Shown here one piece after another: positions 24,201 through 37,477 of a DNA stretch of 64,000 nt (its first letter is position 1; each line of letters starts with the position of its first letter). The stretch covers positions 77,417,630 through 77,481,629 of the forward strand of contig NC_086376.1 of assembly GCF_036588685.1 (NCBI RefSeq), in the 5' to 3' direction. Position numbers and translations under genes: made by a program. The stretch is from Mytilus trossulus. Lineage: Eukaryota. A model generated the notes under the pieces. The model was not told the DNA's origin and made no database searches. It saw nothing but the letters and a program-made list of their open reading frames with translations.

Positions 24201-24324
24201 GAGAGTTTACTACCCCGGAAAGACTAACTTCAGGTCTCGACAGTTTACACCCCTGCACGAAAGATAGCATACTGTTGGCCCTTTCGTAAGGTTATAGATA
24301 CTGTTGAGTGGTAGACAATTCTCT
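24200..24324 (+). ncRNA. Structured RNA element directly after the integrase stop codon (3' UTR)
   Basis: Nested helices: agagagtt/aattctct, ctacc/ggtag, ctcgacagt/actgttgag, acgaaag/ctttcgt. Confidence 0.5.
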
Positions 24325-24576
24325 AATACTTTTATCTCGATGTATAAAATAGTTGTATATAATTTTGTTATATTGTAAAGGCATCATGTGGGTGGCTCTC
24401 CGACCCATGTTTGTCTGATTTGACGGAGATATTAAATATTGTACACACCATTGTTATTATTATTACTAATGTGGTACCGAGAAGCAGAAACAAATACACA
24501 CACACATACACACACACCTACACACATCTGTACATTTTACAATAAAAACAATTAACTAATGTCATAATACCCAAAA

Positions 24577-24689
24577 TGACGTCATAAAAATTAGCCTCAC
24601 ATCGGGAGGCTACCTCTCAGGAGGCTACCCTTTTCCCATAGGGTTAACATTAGACAAAAGTCGCCAGAACCCCCACTTCCCCCACTACT
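24577..24689 (-). repeat. Right terminal inverted repeat of the Polinton
   Basis: tgacgtcataaaaattagcctcac...cccccactact followed by the TSD ataaat. Preceded by a (CA)n tract (~24497-24527) and AATAAA (24541). Confidence 0.95.
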
Positions 24690-27349
24690 ATAAATATATT
24701 AAAAAAGTAGCGTGGATTTTTTTATCCATTTTTATCCCGTCTCGTTTCGTTTTTGAGCCATATATAGATGTCGTATGTGACAATTAGACAACTCTCCATC
24801 CGAGTCACAATTTATAAAAGTAGACCATTATACGTCAAAATACGGTCTTCAACATGGAGTCTTGGCTCACACCGAACAGCAAGTTATAAAAGGATCCAGT
24901 GTAAAACCTTTTAAACGGGAAAACAAAGGTGCAATCTATATCAAGATGTACGTAATTAGTGGTAAAGTGTCATGGAAATGGATAAAAAAAAATAAGGATA
25001 AAGATCCCTATACGCTTTATAAGAAACTAAATGGAATACATTTGAAATAAATGTTATTTCTATTGAATTTATTAGAGTGTTTTAAAACCAAACTTTCCTC
25101 CGTCAGTTAAATTTTATCAAATCTTTGTCTTACTTTATCTATTGTTTGAGCAAGTCGGCTAAATTAAGGCTTTACAGCTGATTTCCTAATGCATGTACAG
25201 CAAAACTTTGGTTGGCTTGCTTGCTTTGTTTGTATAAGTTTATACAAACTTTGTAAATAAGATTGATATTTTTAAACAATATGAATAGGTATAGTTTAAC
25301 ATGTATTTTTAATACTTGAATTAAATTGGGTGTTATCATAATGATTATCCAATAAAAAAAAAACAAGCAATCAACTAACGTCTTGCTCTACATGCTTAAA
25401 GAAATGAGCTGTAATAGATAAACAAAATAACAATTATACAGTGAAAATGCACCGCATATACAATACTAATGATTCGCTCCACAGTGAAAATGAAAGAATG
25501 GTATCATTATTCGACAGTAAACATGACTAGCATTACGATATCATCATAGTGGAATTTAGTTAAATATGAAGAAACTGAATGACAAAACATATTCTACGTT
25601 ATACAACTTTAATAATTGTATTAAAATGAATATTTTTTACTGCAACAACATCTTAACTGTTAGTTATAAAGCACCTGCACGATCTGTTCGTGAAATGTCC
25701 TAAATATTCACCTATTTTGGTATATATTTCACAGCTGGATGGCTCTAAGCGCGATAAAACCCCGCTCGCATCTCTTACTTTGTTTTATAAGTATTATGTA
25801 TTTCTGAACATATAAATTTTAACTAATTTTCTTCATTTTCTTCAAAAATTAAAAAAAGTTCGTCTGTTTATTTATCATTCTACATTAGACATTTATGGCA
25901 TATACAGTAAAAATGATATTTTAGGATCCGCACTTTACATACACTGTTAATAATGAATTTTAAGTTCCAATAAATTCCTTGTCATTGGACAACCAGTTCT
26001 GTTGAACCAGTCACCGACAGTCAAGTATTAAGTTGGCAGATTATTTGTCTTTTCCATTTGTACAAAATTTCTTCAGGATTTGAAATCGTGATTTTCTAAA
26101 ATCATTATATGCCGAAGATCTATTTAGTACACGGAAAAATGTCTCATCTTCCGATCTGCATTTAGAGCAACTTGGATACAGTTCGGACTTATTAAATTTA
26201 CTTTATGGATCTGTAAGAGTATATGCTCCTGTAGCCATTCGAGCTTTTGTCACGGCCTGTTTAGCTTGTTTAACAGAGTTAATAATGAGATCCCATATAT
26301 TATGTGTTTTTCCTATTACCATAATTTCAAATGCCAGTTTTTACTAAAAGGTTTTTAATTAACAGTCTTCCCTTAGTTAAGAAGACCAATATGAATTGAT
26401 TGATCATGTTCTGATGCATGTAATTTTGCTTTAATCTTAATTTATTAAAATGGCAGTTCCTTATTTTATTGGACGACGGTAATAAGTACATAGTGAGTAC
26501 GTCTTGTAGTTTAAGGATGATTGCTGCTCAGTTTCAAAATAACTGACTTTCCATATCACTAGTATCTATTGATAGGGCATTAATTGCGGAATCAAAAAAG
26601 CAAAACAATAAATAAAGGCGTCAATGTGCTTGTTTTCGAGATATTAGCCATTGGAATTTTGGCAGGAAAATGTTCTCTCTTGATTTATCATAGTTTACCC
26701 TAGACTAGTTAAAGTTCTCAAAAACTATTAAAAAATAAAAAAAAGATATTATAAGACTTTTACAAATGGCTTATATTTATACATGTAAAAGAATTATAAA
26801 AGGAAAAATGGGGGTTCATTGGCCATTTTTTTAGGCAAGTAAATGCATAAAACCAATGGATTTCGAAAATCGGACAAAAATTCCAAAACATGACAAGCAA
26901 ACATCCCTAAAGCTAGATTGTGTTTTCCTTATATGTTATCTGCGAGCTATTTTCCTGATAGAGAAATTATTATTAATAGCAATGGAGTGGAAGAGACTCA
27001 ACTGTCTCTTGTAGATTTCTGCAGCAATTGAAAGAGCACCAACTAAGAGATACATTTAAATGCGTCCAAGCTTAGTGAAAGGTAAATCCAAACCTTCGAC
27101 ATCACACCTGAGAAAATAAAACACGCGTTCTATAAAGTTGAATGAACTGATCAGTATTCACGTGAAATGAGACGTTACAAGTTGTTTGTGTCTGATACGC
27201 CAGAATGTTATTATACTATTAAACGCTAAACTTCACTGCATTGCACTGTATACTGCTGAGGTAGCGGTTCTATTTTGTAAGGAATGAATGTGTTTAAGTG
27301 TGATTAGATGGAAACAGAGGGACGAAAGATACCAGAGGGACAGAGGGAA

Positions 27350-28900
27350 AATTCAGATTGAGACCATGTCCTTGTTTTGAATATTTATAGTTTAAAGCCC
27401 ATACAATAATCTTTGTATAACATATAATTAGGTTTTTGACTGAAATTTTTGTGTTTAATTCATTTGTTCCGTGGACTCCACTTTAGATGAGTGAATATAA
27501 AGTTTTAGCTTATGAATTTCTTTCATCCACATGTATTGTTCTGTCATCATAATTTATTCTCTTGAGTTCAAGGTGTGTGGTCTCAGATTTGATGCCTATA
27601 GCGGTTTCCCCAAGTTAAGGACTGTCTATTTTTTTTCTAAAGTTCTCTGATTTTTGTTGGGAAATGTTATTGATAATGGCATAATTTCACAGGATGTATT
27701 TGAAATCCATGATTTCTAGCATATGTATACACAGTGTCCAACATTTCCTTGCATTGCTGCAGGATCATATTAAAGTCAGTCGATATGGTCGGCACAGGTA
27801 AGACATCCTGTGTAGGTGTTCCGTATCGAGTTACCGATTCAATTTTTTTGCCAGATTGAGAAGTAGTACATTTATAAATTGTTTATAGAGATGGGTTGAT
27901 AAGACTTCCCCTTGCCTTACGCCTTGTTAAATTCTAAAGATGAAGCTATGATCTCCCTGTCATCTCACTGTAGATGTTGTATCAACATATGGGTCTTGCT
28001 TTCAATTGCATATTCATACCTAGAAAATATATGTTGTCAAGTAGAATTTGATGATTGATCATATCAAACGGTTTCGGTTTTCAAGGGTCGTAAAAAATAA
28101 TAATGTGTTCTTTCCTGTATATCAGAGCATACTTCAGATAGAATAAGGGTGAGGCCATATTTTCAGATAGCTCTTCGGTAAATCCAAACTGCATATTTAT
28201 TGATTCATTTTGCCTTTTGTTTAAATACATATTTCAAAACTTAATTAGTGCTTAATCTCCAGTATGAGTATGCTTAATAAGTTCTGGTATTATTCAATAC
28301 TCATCTGTTTTCTGCTCAATGTAGCTTAGTTTATTTCTTCCTTTGTAAAATCAGTTTCCAGTTTCTTTCCGACTTTGAGACTTTCTTGATGATGTTAAAT
28401 ATATTTAATTTCGCTATTTTGCATGAATTGGCCTTTAAATTTTGGATGGTTTTGTTGGTGGCTAATTCCTGAAAGTATTCAGCGAAAAGTTGTCTTTGTT
28501 CGTTTGAGGTTGAATCTATTTGTTCTCTTTTCTTAAAAAAAAATGCTGGTGCAGATGATTGTTTTATTAGCTGAAAGAATATTTTGTCATTTGGATCATG
28601 CTCCAATTTGTTAAAACAAATTTGGCTGTTTTATGTAGAACGGAGGTAAGGTAAATGTAGTTTTTTTTATCTACAGAATAGTTGGTCAAGTAAATTCGTG
28701 AACTTGCTAATATTTTTTAAATGTTGATTGCTATCGTTTTCTGACTTCTTTGACCCACAGAAGTTTGTATGCAGTAGTATTTTTATTGTTCTTATTTTAT
28801 TTTTGCTGTTTAAAATCAAGTTTCTTTGTTATGGCTTTAACTGGTAGATGTGTTAAGATATGTTATACTTTGGTGGATAACCATTGTTGTTTCAGGAATG
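27350..28900 (-). mobile_element. Decayed LINE ORF2 (reverse transcriptase) remnant, RTEX/L2-like
   Basis: Reverse-strand translation gives MQFGF (~28190), QGVRQGEVLSTHLYKQFIN (~27875-27926) and YTGCLTCAD (~27790-27815), with many stops and frameshifts. Boundaries are approximate. Confidence 0.7.
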
Positions 28901-30763
28901 TCATTATTTGATATAGTATAATCTATTTGAGACATCTGTCATCATAATAATAAAAATTTTAATTGCTTTTCATGTCAGGGTGGAAAATCATGTTGTTTTT
29001 TCTTTATAAACCTCTTACACTTTGCACCATGGCTATTATTCCTTTCATTTAAATAGGTACCATTTATATCTCCACAGACTTGTACTGAATGAGTGTCTTC
29101 TTATTTGTCTACAGTAACTATTGATTGTAAAATATCTAAGTGTTTTTGATATTCAAAATCTGAATTCACTTTTTTGGTTAGCATGCATATGAATTTATTG
29201 GCAGATTAATAAAATTTCTACAGCAACTATTCTATTGTTTCCATCATCTAGATTTTTTTAAAAGGTCTCCTTTCTGTTGGCCATAAAATTGATACTCCAT
29301 CACGATCTATTGGGATTTTAAAATTGGTTCATCTGGCATTCGCTGAATGTTACGTTGCGCTTCATATTGAGATTGGCTCTTAACATACCATGGTTGTAAA
29401 GGAGTATATGTTCCCTGAGATAATAAGGGGCTCTGTTGTACTGAAGTTGACATTCTAGATTGCGTTTGCTTAGAGTAGAAAGGTGGTGCTTGCGTTATCA
29501 AATTGCTTTGAGTATACACTGGCGTCATAATTTGCTTCTGGCTTGGAATGCTGGTAGAACAGCTGGTTTACTTGGCCATAATGGGGCATTTCTTTATTTT
29601 ACTGATGATGTTGATTTTTCTGGTTGATATAATGTTGTGTGTATGTTGGTGGTCAATGGTTGGCATTATGATTCGGACATTGACGTGAGCTTGTGCCCTT
29701 GTACTTCTTAATTGGTGTGTTGATTTATTTGAATGAAGGCTGGTTTTGTGTATCACGTCTGCCTAACAAACATGCTACACGTTAGAATGAAACATTAACA
29801 TCTACATTTCTCAAATAAAACTTGACGAATATTGTATCTGAAGACCAGCCAGCTGACTCTAAAATATTCTTTATACAAGCACCATTGAATAAGGCTCATG
29901 ACGGTTCAATTGTTTGTACTATGAGTTTTAAATTTTAAATTTGTATTTTAAAGTATGTCATTTTGATCGTATTCACAAGCTCCTAGAAATTAGTTGTGAC
30001 GTAACTGGTTTCAAAGGTTTAACTGCTGACAAAATTGTTTTCCTTCATCTTTTCTTTTCTCATCTTTGCGTTTCAAATATATCGCAACGGCTCTTTTATG
30101 ATCAAGTTTTTAACGGTTCAAAGTAAGGCACAGCATGTTCAGTTCCATAATGATTTGTTCTAGCTTGTTTTGATAAACCTGTTCTTTAAAAAAACAAGTC
30201 ATAATGATTCCTTTTGTACATTTACAAAACACTCTCCTATCACCAGTGGTTGAATGTCCGAACATCTCCTGAACATTGTGATAACTGCAAGAAAAACAAC
30301 TTTGTTCGTTAAACATTACATACCAGCTTTTAATAAGGGTTCAAAAAGGGAATGTTGCCACATGTCCAAAACATTTTGTAAATCCCATTATTGTATTAAA
30401 TTTTCTTCAGCAGGTCTAGAGTTGAAAAACCTTTTAGTAGTATAATAATATAGGGGACATCTCCATATTATTATACTAAATTAGAAACATTATACATTGG
30501 AGGTAGTAAAGAATGATGATAACATTTACATATAACCTGCTATAGTGCAAAACTGTAAACCTGAGGTGTACAAATGAAATAAAACATCTGCTAAAGTAGC
30601 TGCATAGGGATATTTTTCCCGTTCATTATATTAACTATGAAATCTTTTGAATTTATAAGCACAGTCTTGCTGTGTGCCCGATCTCCATGATCTTCTAAGA
30701 AACTTTCTAGTTTCTCTTGAAAAAACCTTAATTCTGAAATTTGTGTGGAGAGCAATCAATTTT

Positions 30764-32240
30764 AAAGAGGGACGAAAGATACCAGAGGGATCATAGTCCC
30801 ACTCATACATTGAAAATAAACTTACAACGCCATGACTAAAAATAAAATATATAAAAAATGATAATAAATAGATAAAAAGACAAATAAAATTACAGAAGAC
30901 ATAACATAGAAAACTAAAGACTAAGCGACACACACCCTACCAAAACTGGGGGTGATCTCAGGTGCTCCGGAAGGATAGGCAAATCCTGATCCACATGTGG
31001 CAATCGTCGTGTGGATTATGTTATAACAAATTTGGTAAAAGGTCTAATTCGGTAGGTCACATTTGTGAAATGAGAAAGGAATTGTAGTTACGACAGAAGA
31101 AACATATCTGATATCATCTGTGAAACGGTTATTCCAAAACGGTTAACCAACTCGTGATGGCTTCCGTGAAATTTACGAAGGAATGATTTCAACTTCACAA
31201 TCTTGGTTTAATAGCTTCCTTGTGAGCAGCAATTGTCTATCAAGGAAAGCTTGATATGAAACCAAAGTTCGGGAATATCGTATCAATTGGGAGATATATA
31301 CTAGTACTCGGTATGCAGGTGCTGCTGGAGTGTTGATTCATAGATATGAAAAGTTCATAATTGGGAAGCTAATATGATCTCTTTTGTCGTAAAGTTTTGT
31401 TTTTAACCGACCCTCATTGTCAATTTCTAGATGGGAGTCAAGATATGAGACAGAATTAAATGTATCTGTAGTATTCTTTATCTCTAGTTCGATGGAATAG
31501 ATGCGTTCAACATAGTCACCAAATTTTGTATGATGTAGTGAGAAAACATCATCTGTATAGTGGAACTGTATAGAGGATATTGCTAACTTCTTATCATTTT
31601 TCCTAAGAAGTTCCTGTATGAAGTTGTATGAAGAAAACATTATCTTTATAGTGGAACGTAAAGTAAAAGGATATTGCTAAGTTCTTATCATTTATCCTAA
31701 AACGTTATTGTATGAGGTCAGTCTCATAATAATAAAGAAACAAGACGGCAAGAAGGGCACAATTGGTTCCCAATGGAATTCCGACAGTCTGTTGAAAAAC
31801 ACGTCCTCAAAACGTAATAAATATGTTGTCAATCAAGAAATCAAGCAATTTGAACATGTCAGTTTAAGAGAAGTTTTTGTTTGAATCAAAGTTTTTCTTT
31901 ACAAAGTAGGATTTATCCCTTCCCAAGACAAAATACTTGTAACTACGTTCGCCATTTTTTTTAATGAAACAAAGTAATACCAACTCTTTCAATTTGTCTT
32001 TTAATTTGGAATGACGAACTCTTGTGTAAAAGAGGGACGAAAGACACCAAAGGGACAGTCAAACTCGTAAATCTAAAACAAACTGACAACGCCATGGCTA
32101 AAAATGAAAAACACAAACAGAAAAACAATAGTACACATGACACAACATAGAAAACTAAAGAATAAACAACACGAACCCCACCAAAAACTAGGGGTGATCT
32201 CAGGTGCTCCGGAAGGGTAAGCAGATCCTGCTCCACATGT
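30764..32240 (-). mobile_element. Penelope-like retroelement fragment: RT remnant between two direct terminal repeats
   Basis: GIPxGTNCALLA (~31750-31785), YTDDVFSL and SYLDSHLEIDNEGRLKTKLYDKRD motifs of PLE RT. Direct repeats 30764-~31000 and 32028-32240 (aaagagggacgaaaga...ggggtgatctcaggtgctccggaagg). Shorter related pieces lie at ~42820-43000, 43730-43880, 47300-47480 and 59300-59620. Confidence 0.8.
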
Positions 32241-32459
32241 CAGCTTGAGCACTGATGCAACTGCTGGTGGACGTTTCGTCCCCGAGGGTATCACCAGCCC
32301 AGTAGTCAGCACTTCGGTGTATTTTAATAAATTAAATTTTTTCGAAAAACTTACGATTATCTTATACCAGGAATAGATTACCGTGGCACCATCTGGAATT
32401 GCAGGTTATCAATGCTCTTCAACTTTGTACTTGTTTTGCTTATAACTATTTTGGTCTGA

Positions 32460-32503
32460 GCGTCACTGATGAGTTTTATGTAGACGAAACGCGCGTCTGG
32501 CGT
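32460..32503 (+). ncRNA. Type I minimal hammerhead ribozyme in a retrozyme-like repeat (repeat ~32241-32537)
   Basis: GCGUCA-CUGAUGA-GUUU uaugu AGAC-GAAA-CGCGCG-UC^UGGCGU: intact core, stem I GCGUCA/UGGCGU, palindromic mini-stem III. Confidence 0.85.
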
Positions 32504-35014
32504 ATTAAAATATAATACTGGTACCTTTGATAACTAGATATTCTGAAATTGGATGGTTAATAGTTGTTTTGGCTGAGAGAGTTGTTTTTGCCTTGTTGGT
32601 AGTAAAATTGTACTCGCTACTGAATTTTAGAAGAAGCCCTGTGTACCAATATCTTCTTTGACACGTTGGAGCTGTCAGAATGCATTTTCAGTCAATAATT
32701 TAACTGACTCATGTGTTTTATACCTTTGGAATACATTTTGTTGCAATTTCCGGCTGTCTCGAGAATATATCTTGTTTGAACTATTGACGTCATACAGCAA
32801 TCACTTTTCCATTGTGGCGTCAGATATTTTGAATTACGACGTCAAAATTTTACGGGAACCTGTGTGAAGTCAAGTTATGGCGGACAAATAGAGATACGGG
32901 TATAAAATATATTGGTTAAAAGGCATATGCCCACATTTTCCCCATGATATCGACAGAGCATCTACTGCTAGTGCACTTGAATGAGGTAGTCAAGCACAAA
33001 CAACTGGTATTTTATAATTAATTACTGAGGCAAAAAAGTCTATTGGTGGTTCTCGCTACATTCGAAACACTGATTGTTCTAATTGTTTGGCCAGTGTTCT
33101 CTGTGTATTTTGTTTCGAGACAAATGATCTGCAAGAATATTTAAATTTCCCGCTATATGAGCTGCTCTAAATGTCAGATTGTTTTTAATTGCCATTTTTA
33201 TTAGACAACATATCTTGTATCAAAGGTGTTTTGACTTGGTGCCTCCTGTTTGTTCACATACTGTTGTGTTGCGGATTTGAGCAACACATTCTATTTTTGT
33301 AATTTTAGTAGGAAATGTTGTACTGTTCGAATAACAGCTCCCATTTCCAGCGGATTTATGAGTTGTTTCTGTTCTTGAACAAACTAAAAAACTTGAAAAA
33401 TCTGATTATTTATGTGACTTCAAATCCCGTCTTTGAAGCATCTGTTGTTATTATGACGGTTGCCGAACACTGGTATAATAATTTGCTCTTGGTAGTGTTT
33501 GCTCTGTCCAACCACCAATTCAAACGATCTTTTAGATGGTGTGTAAATGAAATTTGACAAGTGAGATCTCTGATAGAAGATTTCCAGAAATGAAGTAGAT
33601 GTGATTAGATAGGCCTCATATAAAGTCGTCCATTTGGGATCAATTATTTGCAAGAAGCTATCAAACCCAACAACATTAGATAAGTGCTTGCTGTATTGTG
33701 TCCCTTAATTTTAGCTCATCACTAACATTTCTTTTTAATTCTTTCCATAGTTGGAGAAACTATCTCCTTCTTGAAATTGAACAAGTGATCACTTTTGATG
33801 AGATAAGAAAAGATTTTTGAAGATTGACTATAAATCCAAATTTCATCAAAAAACTGACTGTTTTCTGTCTGTTTGAAGTCAGCATTTTCTCTTGAGCATT
33901 CACTAGCAATAAATGGTCCAAACAAGTTGCTTTGCGTATGTTTTGAATTTCCAGATGAGCTGCAACTTATATATTTTTTTAAAGTTATGCACCATGGTTG
34001 ACTTTAGTTGTTGGTCATGTCCCATCATTATCTTTGTGAATTTTGTGTCTTTGAAAGTCCTTTTGAATTTGGCTAAATTATCCTCAGTTTGTGTATAAAT
34101 ACTCAATTGACATTTGGATTGGTCTTACTGGATTAGTAGTATTTGACTAAAACTTCTTCGGTGGTTTTATCTTATGTAGTTCACTCTTTATTTGTTCTAT
34201 TTAAAGCTCCTATGGTTGCGATTGTTGATTTTCAGATATATATACTCAAGTATAGCTCGGAAAAACAAATTCTGACTAGGAATCTAAATCTTGTTTTTGC
34301 TGAGTCTAACTTTCTACCAGATAAAAATTCTTATCGCATAGTAAGCTTAAAAGATCCCGAAATGACATGTGTAAAAAAACAAAACAACCGAGAAACATAA
34401 CGATCTAAAAGCATGAAAAGACGAAGACGCCGACGCTATTACCGACGACGAACAAATGAAACACTTGTAATCAACTCCTACCCAAGTTACTAGGAAACAA
34501 TATGGACAATATATATTTCAATTGTCGAAACCACAATCCTGTCCTCGTTTCGTCGAAGATGATGTACTGCATCAGACTAAATCACTGGGTTTGTAATTTC
34601 ACAATGACAAATGTGACTCACGTTGAGCAGGATCAGCTTACTTTTTCTGGAGCATCGAGATCTACACCGGATTGGATGAATTTATATTGGCCAGTAACAT
34701 TGATCTTTTGGTGGCCTGTCGGGATGTATAAGTAACCGGCAACGTCCACTTGTATGTTTTGTCTATCTGATGAGTTAAGCCTTTTCCAACTGATTTTTAT
34801 AGTTCGTTCTTATGTTGTACTGTTATACCACTGTCCCGGGTTAGGGGAGGGTTGGGATCCCGCTAACATGTTTAACCCGCCACATTATTTATGTATTTGC
34901 CTGTCCCAAGTCAGGAGCTTTTAATTCAGTGTTTGTCGCTTGTTTATGTGTAACATATTTGTTTTTCGTTCATTTTTTTTACATTACTAAGGCCGTTAGT
35001 TTTCTCGTTTGAAT

Positions 35015-35405
35015 AGACCACTTTCGAGTTCATCCGTCACCGGCAAAAACTCGTCAATTATGCACGCCTTTATGACGTCATTTACCAGATAGAGGGGGTC
35101 GCCTGTATTCCTGCACTATTTACGTTCATCAAGCGTCTTAGTGATCGTCTTTGTGCAGGATAAACTAGAAATAATGGTTGCTCTGTAGGTACTTACTGAC
35201 AATTCCCTAATGACAGCAGTGTTGATTGTCAATTTTGAGAATTCAATTTGCCGAATATTTCGTACAATATAGAACTATAGTTTTTCAACCACTCGCTCAA
35301 CATTGGAAGGGAAGTAACGACGCCCCTAAACGCACAAATGACGGTGATAAAGGCGCGTATAATTGACGAGTTTTTTCCGGTGACGGATGAACTCAAAAGT
35401 GGTCT
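35015..35405. mobile_element. MITE with ~55-bp TIRs and 2-bp AT TSD (ISL2EU-like), nested in an older dispersed repeat
   Basis: AT|agaccactttcgagttcatccgtcaccggcaaaaactcgtcaattat ... ataattgacgagttttttccggtgacggatgaactcaaaagtggtct|AT. Removing it restores ...ctcgtttgaattgttttacattgtc of the host repeat (34730-35570). The superfamily call is an inference from the TSD. Confidence 0.8.
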
Positions 35406-37477
35406 ATTGTTTTACATTGTCTTATCGCGGCCTTGTAAAGCTGACTATGCGGTATGGGCTTTGTTCATTGTTGAAGGCCGTACGGTGACCTATAGTTGTT
35501 AATGTTTGAGTTATTTTAGTCTTTTGTGGATAGTTGTCTCATTGGCAATCATACCACATCTTCTTTTTTTTATATATATTTGACTGTTTTCTTTTCCTCT
35601 TAAGCCGGGTTGTTTTCGTTTCACACATTCCCAGTTTCCATTCTCTATTCGACGATATATAAATTATACGATTAATTTGTATTGCTCACATATTGTATTT
35701 ATTATAAATTACTAGTCTAATGTAAACTAATAATTATATAAGATGCTTAATGAAATATAACAATTCAATGTAGAATAGCTGTAGTTGTTAACAGCGAAGG
35801 TAGATAGATAGTTTGAAGAAAAAAAATTGTATTCATAACCGTTTAATGTCATTATGAACTGCGGTAGAAAGACAAAAGAACATATTACGTCATTAAATCA
35901 GATTACGAACTGGTTAAGATCTGAAATGTACAAGCAATTCAACTTTTTTAAAGATTTGTTTTGAATTATCTCTCTTCTAACACAATTAATATTTGTTCGC
36001 ATGATTTAACATGAAATATGTTCCTCTGCTCAGTGCAAGGCGTCACAGTAATGTCAAGTTTTATTTTGACTTCATTCAAATGACAAGAACTTTCAATGTC
36101 TATCTATAAACATTGCAGTAGCGCCTGTACGTGTACTTTGTACACCATGTGTATATTTTCTCAGTTGGTACGAAATTCCAGAGCTAGATCATTTTTACTA
36201 ATTCTTTAGGTCAGCTGGTCAAAAAGATAAGTGCTACTTTTTTTTCATCATCTGGCATATAGTTTAACAAAAAATACGTTCGATGATCTTGCTTACCAAC
36301 CAACAAGGCTTGAAATATAAGATAATGGTAAATGTTCAGACGGTCATATTAACGTTTCTTCCATGTTCCCCCAGGGTTATAAACACTCCTTATAATTGTA
36401 GAAGTAATTTCCCTTCAATAATGATATTTGCCGATTTTGTTTCTAAGGAAAGACTTATTGGAGTCATTTACCTTTTTGGTTTTGTTTCTCTCTCGAAACA
36501 AGCATGAGTAGATAGAATGAACAAATATCAGGAAAAATGTTCAACATCACAAGAGATACAAATTAGTCACTTTGATCCGGCGAAATAGTCAGTCAACACC
36601 TTAAAGAAGTTATTGCTCTTTGTTCTCAAAGAAGATTTTTTCTTCTTCACGAATATGTCAAAAGTGAGCTTCGGTTTCTCATGACAGTTTTATATTTATA
36701 ACTTATTTCTAGTATATGCGTATAGACAATGTTAGCAAGATGGGTGCATAAAAATTGAAATTTGAATTACAACCGCATGATGAAATTATAATATTAATTT
36801 GCATTTACCAGAGTTGTTGCATAAGTTTAATGACTGTGATAGAAGAAAAAGGTTTATATATTTGAAAATATACAAACAAGTTTACTTTAATTTTTACTTT
36901 ACAGTGTAATAGATTTTTATGGAAAATAAATTGCTAACATTGATTGCGGAAATCTCTTGTCAAATGTAAATTTGAAAAACAGATTTCACAAATATCATCG
37001 CTCTCAGAAACAGTAGTTACTGGTTATAAATTATAAACATTATTATGTATACGTGTAAACTGGTCTATACTTGGAGAAACTGGTGCTTGCAAGAGGAGTA
37101 TTCGGAGCCTTTGTCAAGTTGTATTATTGAAAAAAAATCCCGAATAAACATATCTACCAAATCTATTTCACTTGAAGGACTACCATGCAGAAGGGAAAAA
37201 ATCGTCAAGTGTAATTATAGAAAATATTTTGGAAAGGCACATTTCCTTTACCATTAAAAAGTCATACATCTTAAAGTCAATTCTGTCGAAGGTTAACTCT
37301 GACATGAATAATTGACAAACATTTCAGCTTCCTATCAATACGAAAGTGACAATACCAACAGTGATTTAATAGTCCTGATATTTAGCACCATATCTCTTTC
37401 TTATAGATAAAATTAAATCCGAAAAAAAAATATTCAGTTTTAACTTATTTCATTATCATCATTATTGTTGGAATGTA

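Larger units (their letters stand above)
15661..24689 (+). mobile_element. Polinton/Maverick-like self-synthesizing element, compact (9,029 bp), capsid-less, inactivated copy
   Basis: TIRs 15670-15782 and 24577-24689 (113 bp, one mismatch seen) with AGTAGT...ACTACT termini. Perfect 6-bp TSD ATAAAT at 15655-15660 and 24690-24695. Encodes pPolB, a packaging ATPase and an RVE integrase. Confidence 0.96.

Noticed and set aside
29300-30450. LINE ORF1 remnant continuing the 27350-28900 element (also 32560-34330 and 25900-26480)
   Set aside because: Composition is suggestive, but no unambiguous motifs could be read without alignment.
34760-34810. CTGATGAG motif as another hammerhead
   Set aside because: No GAAA box or stem III follows.
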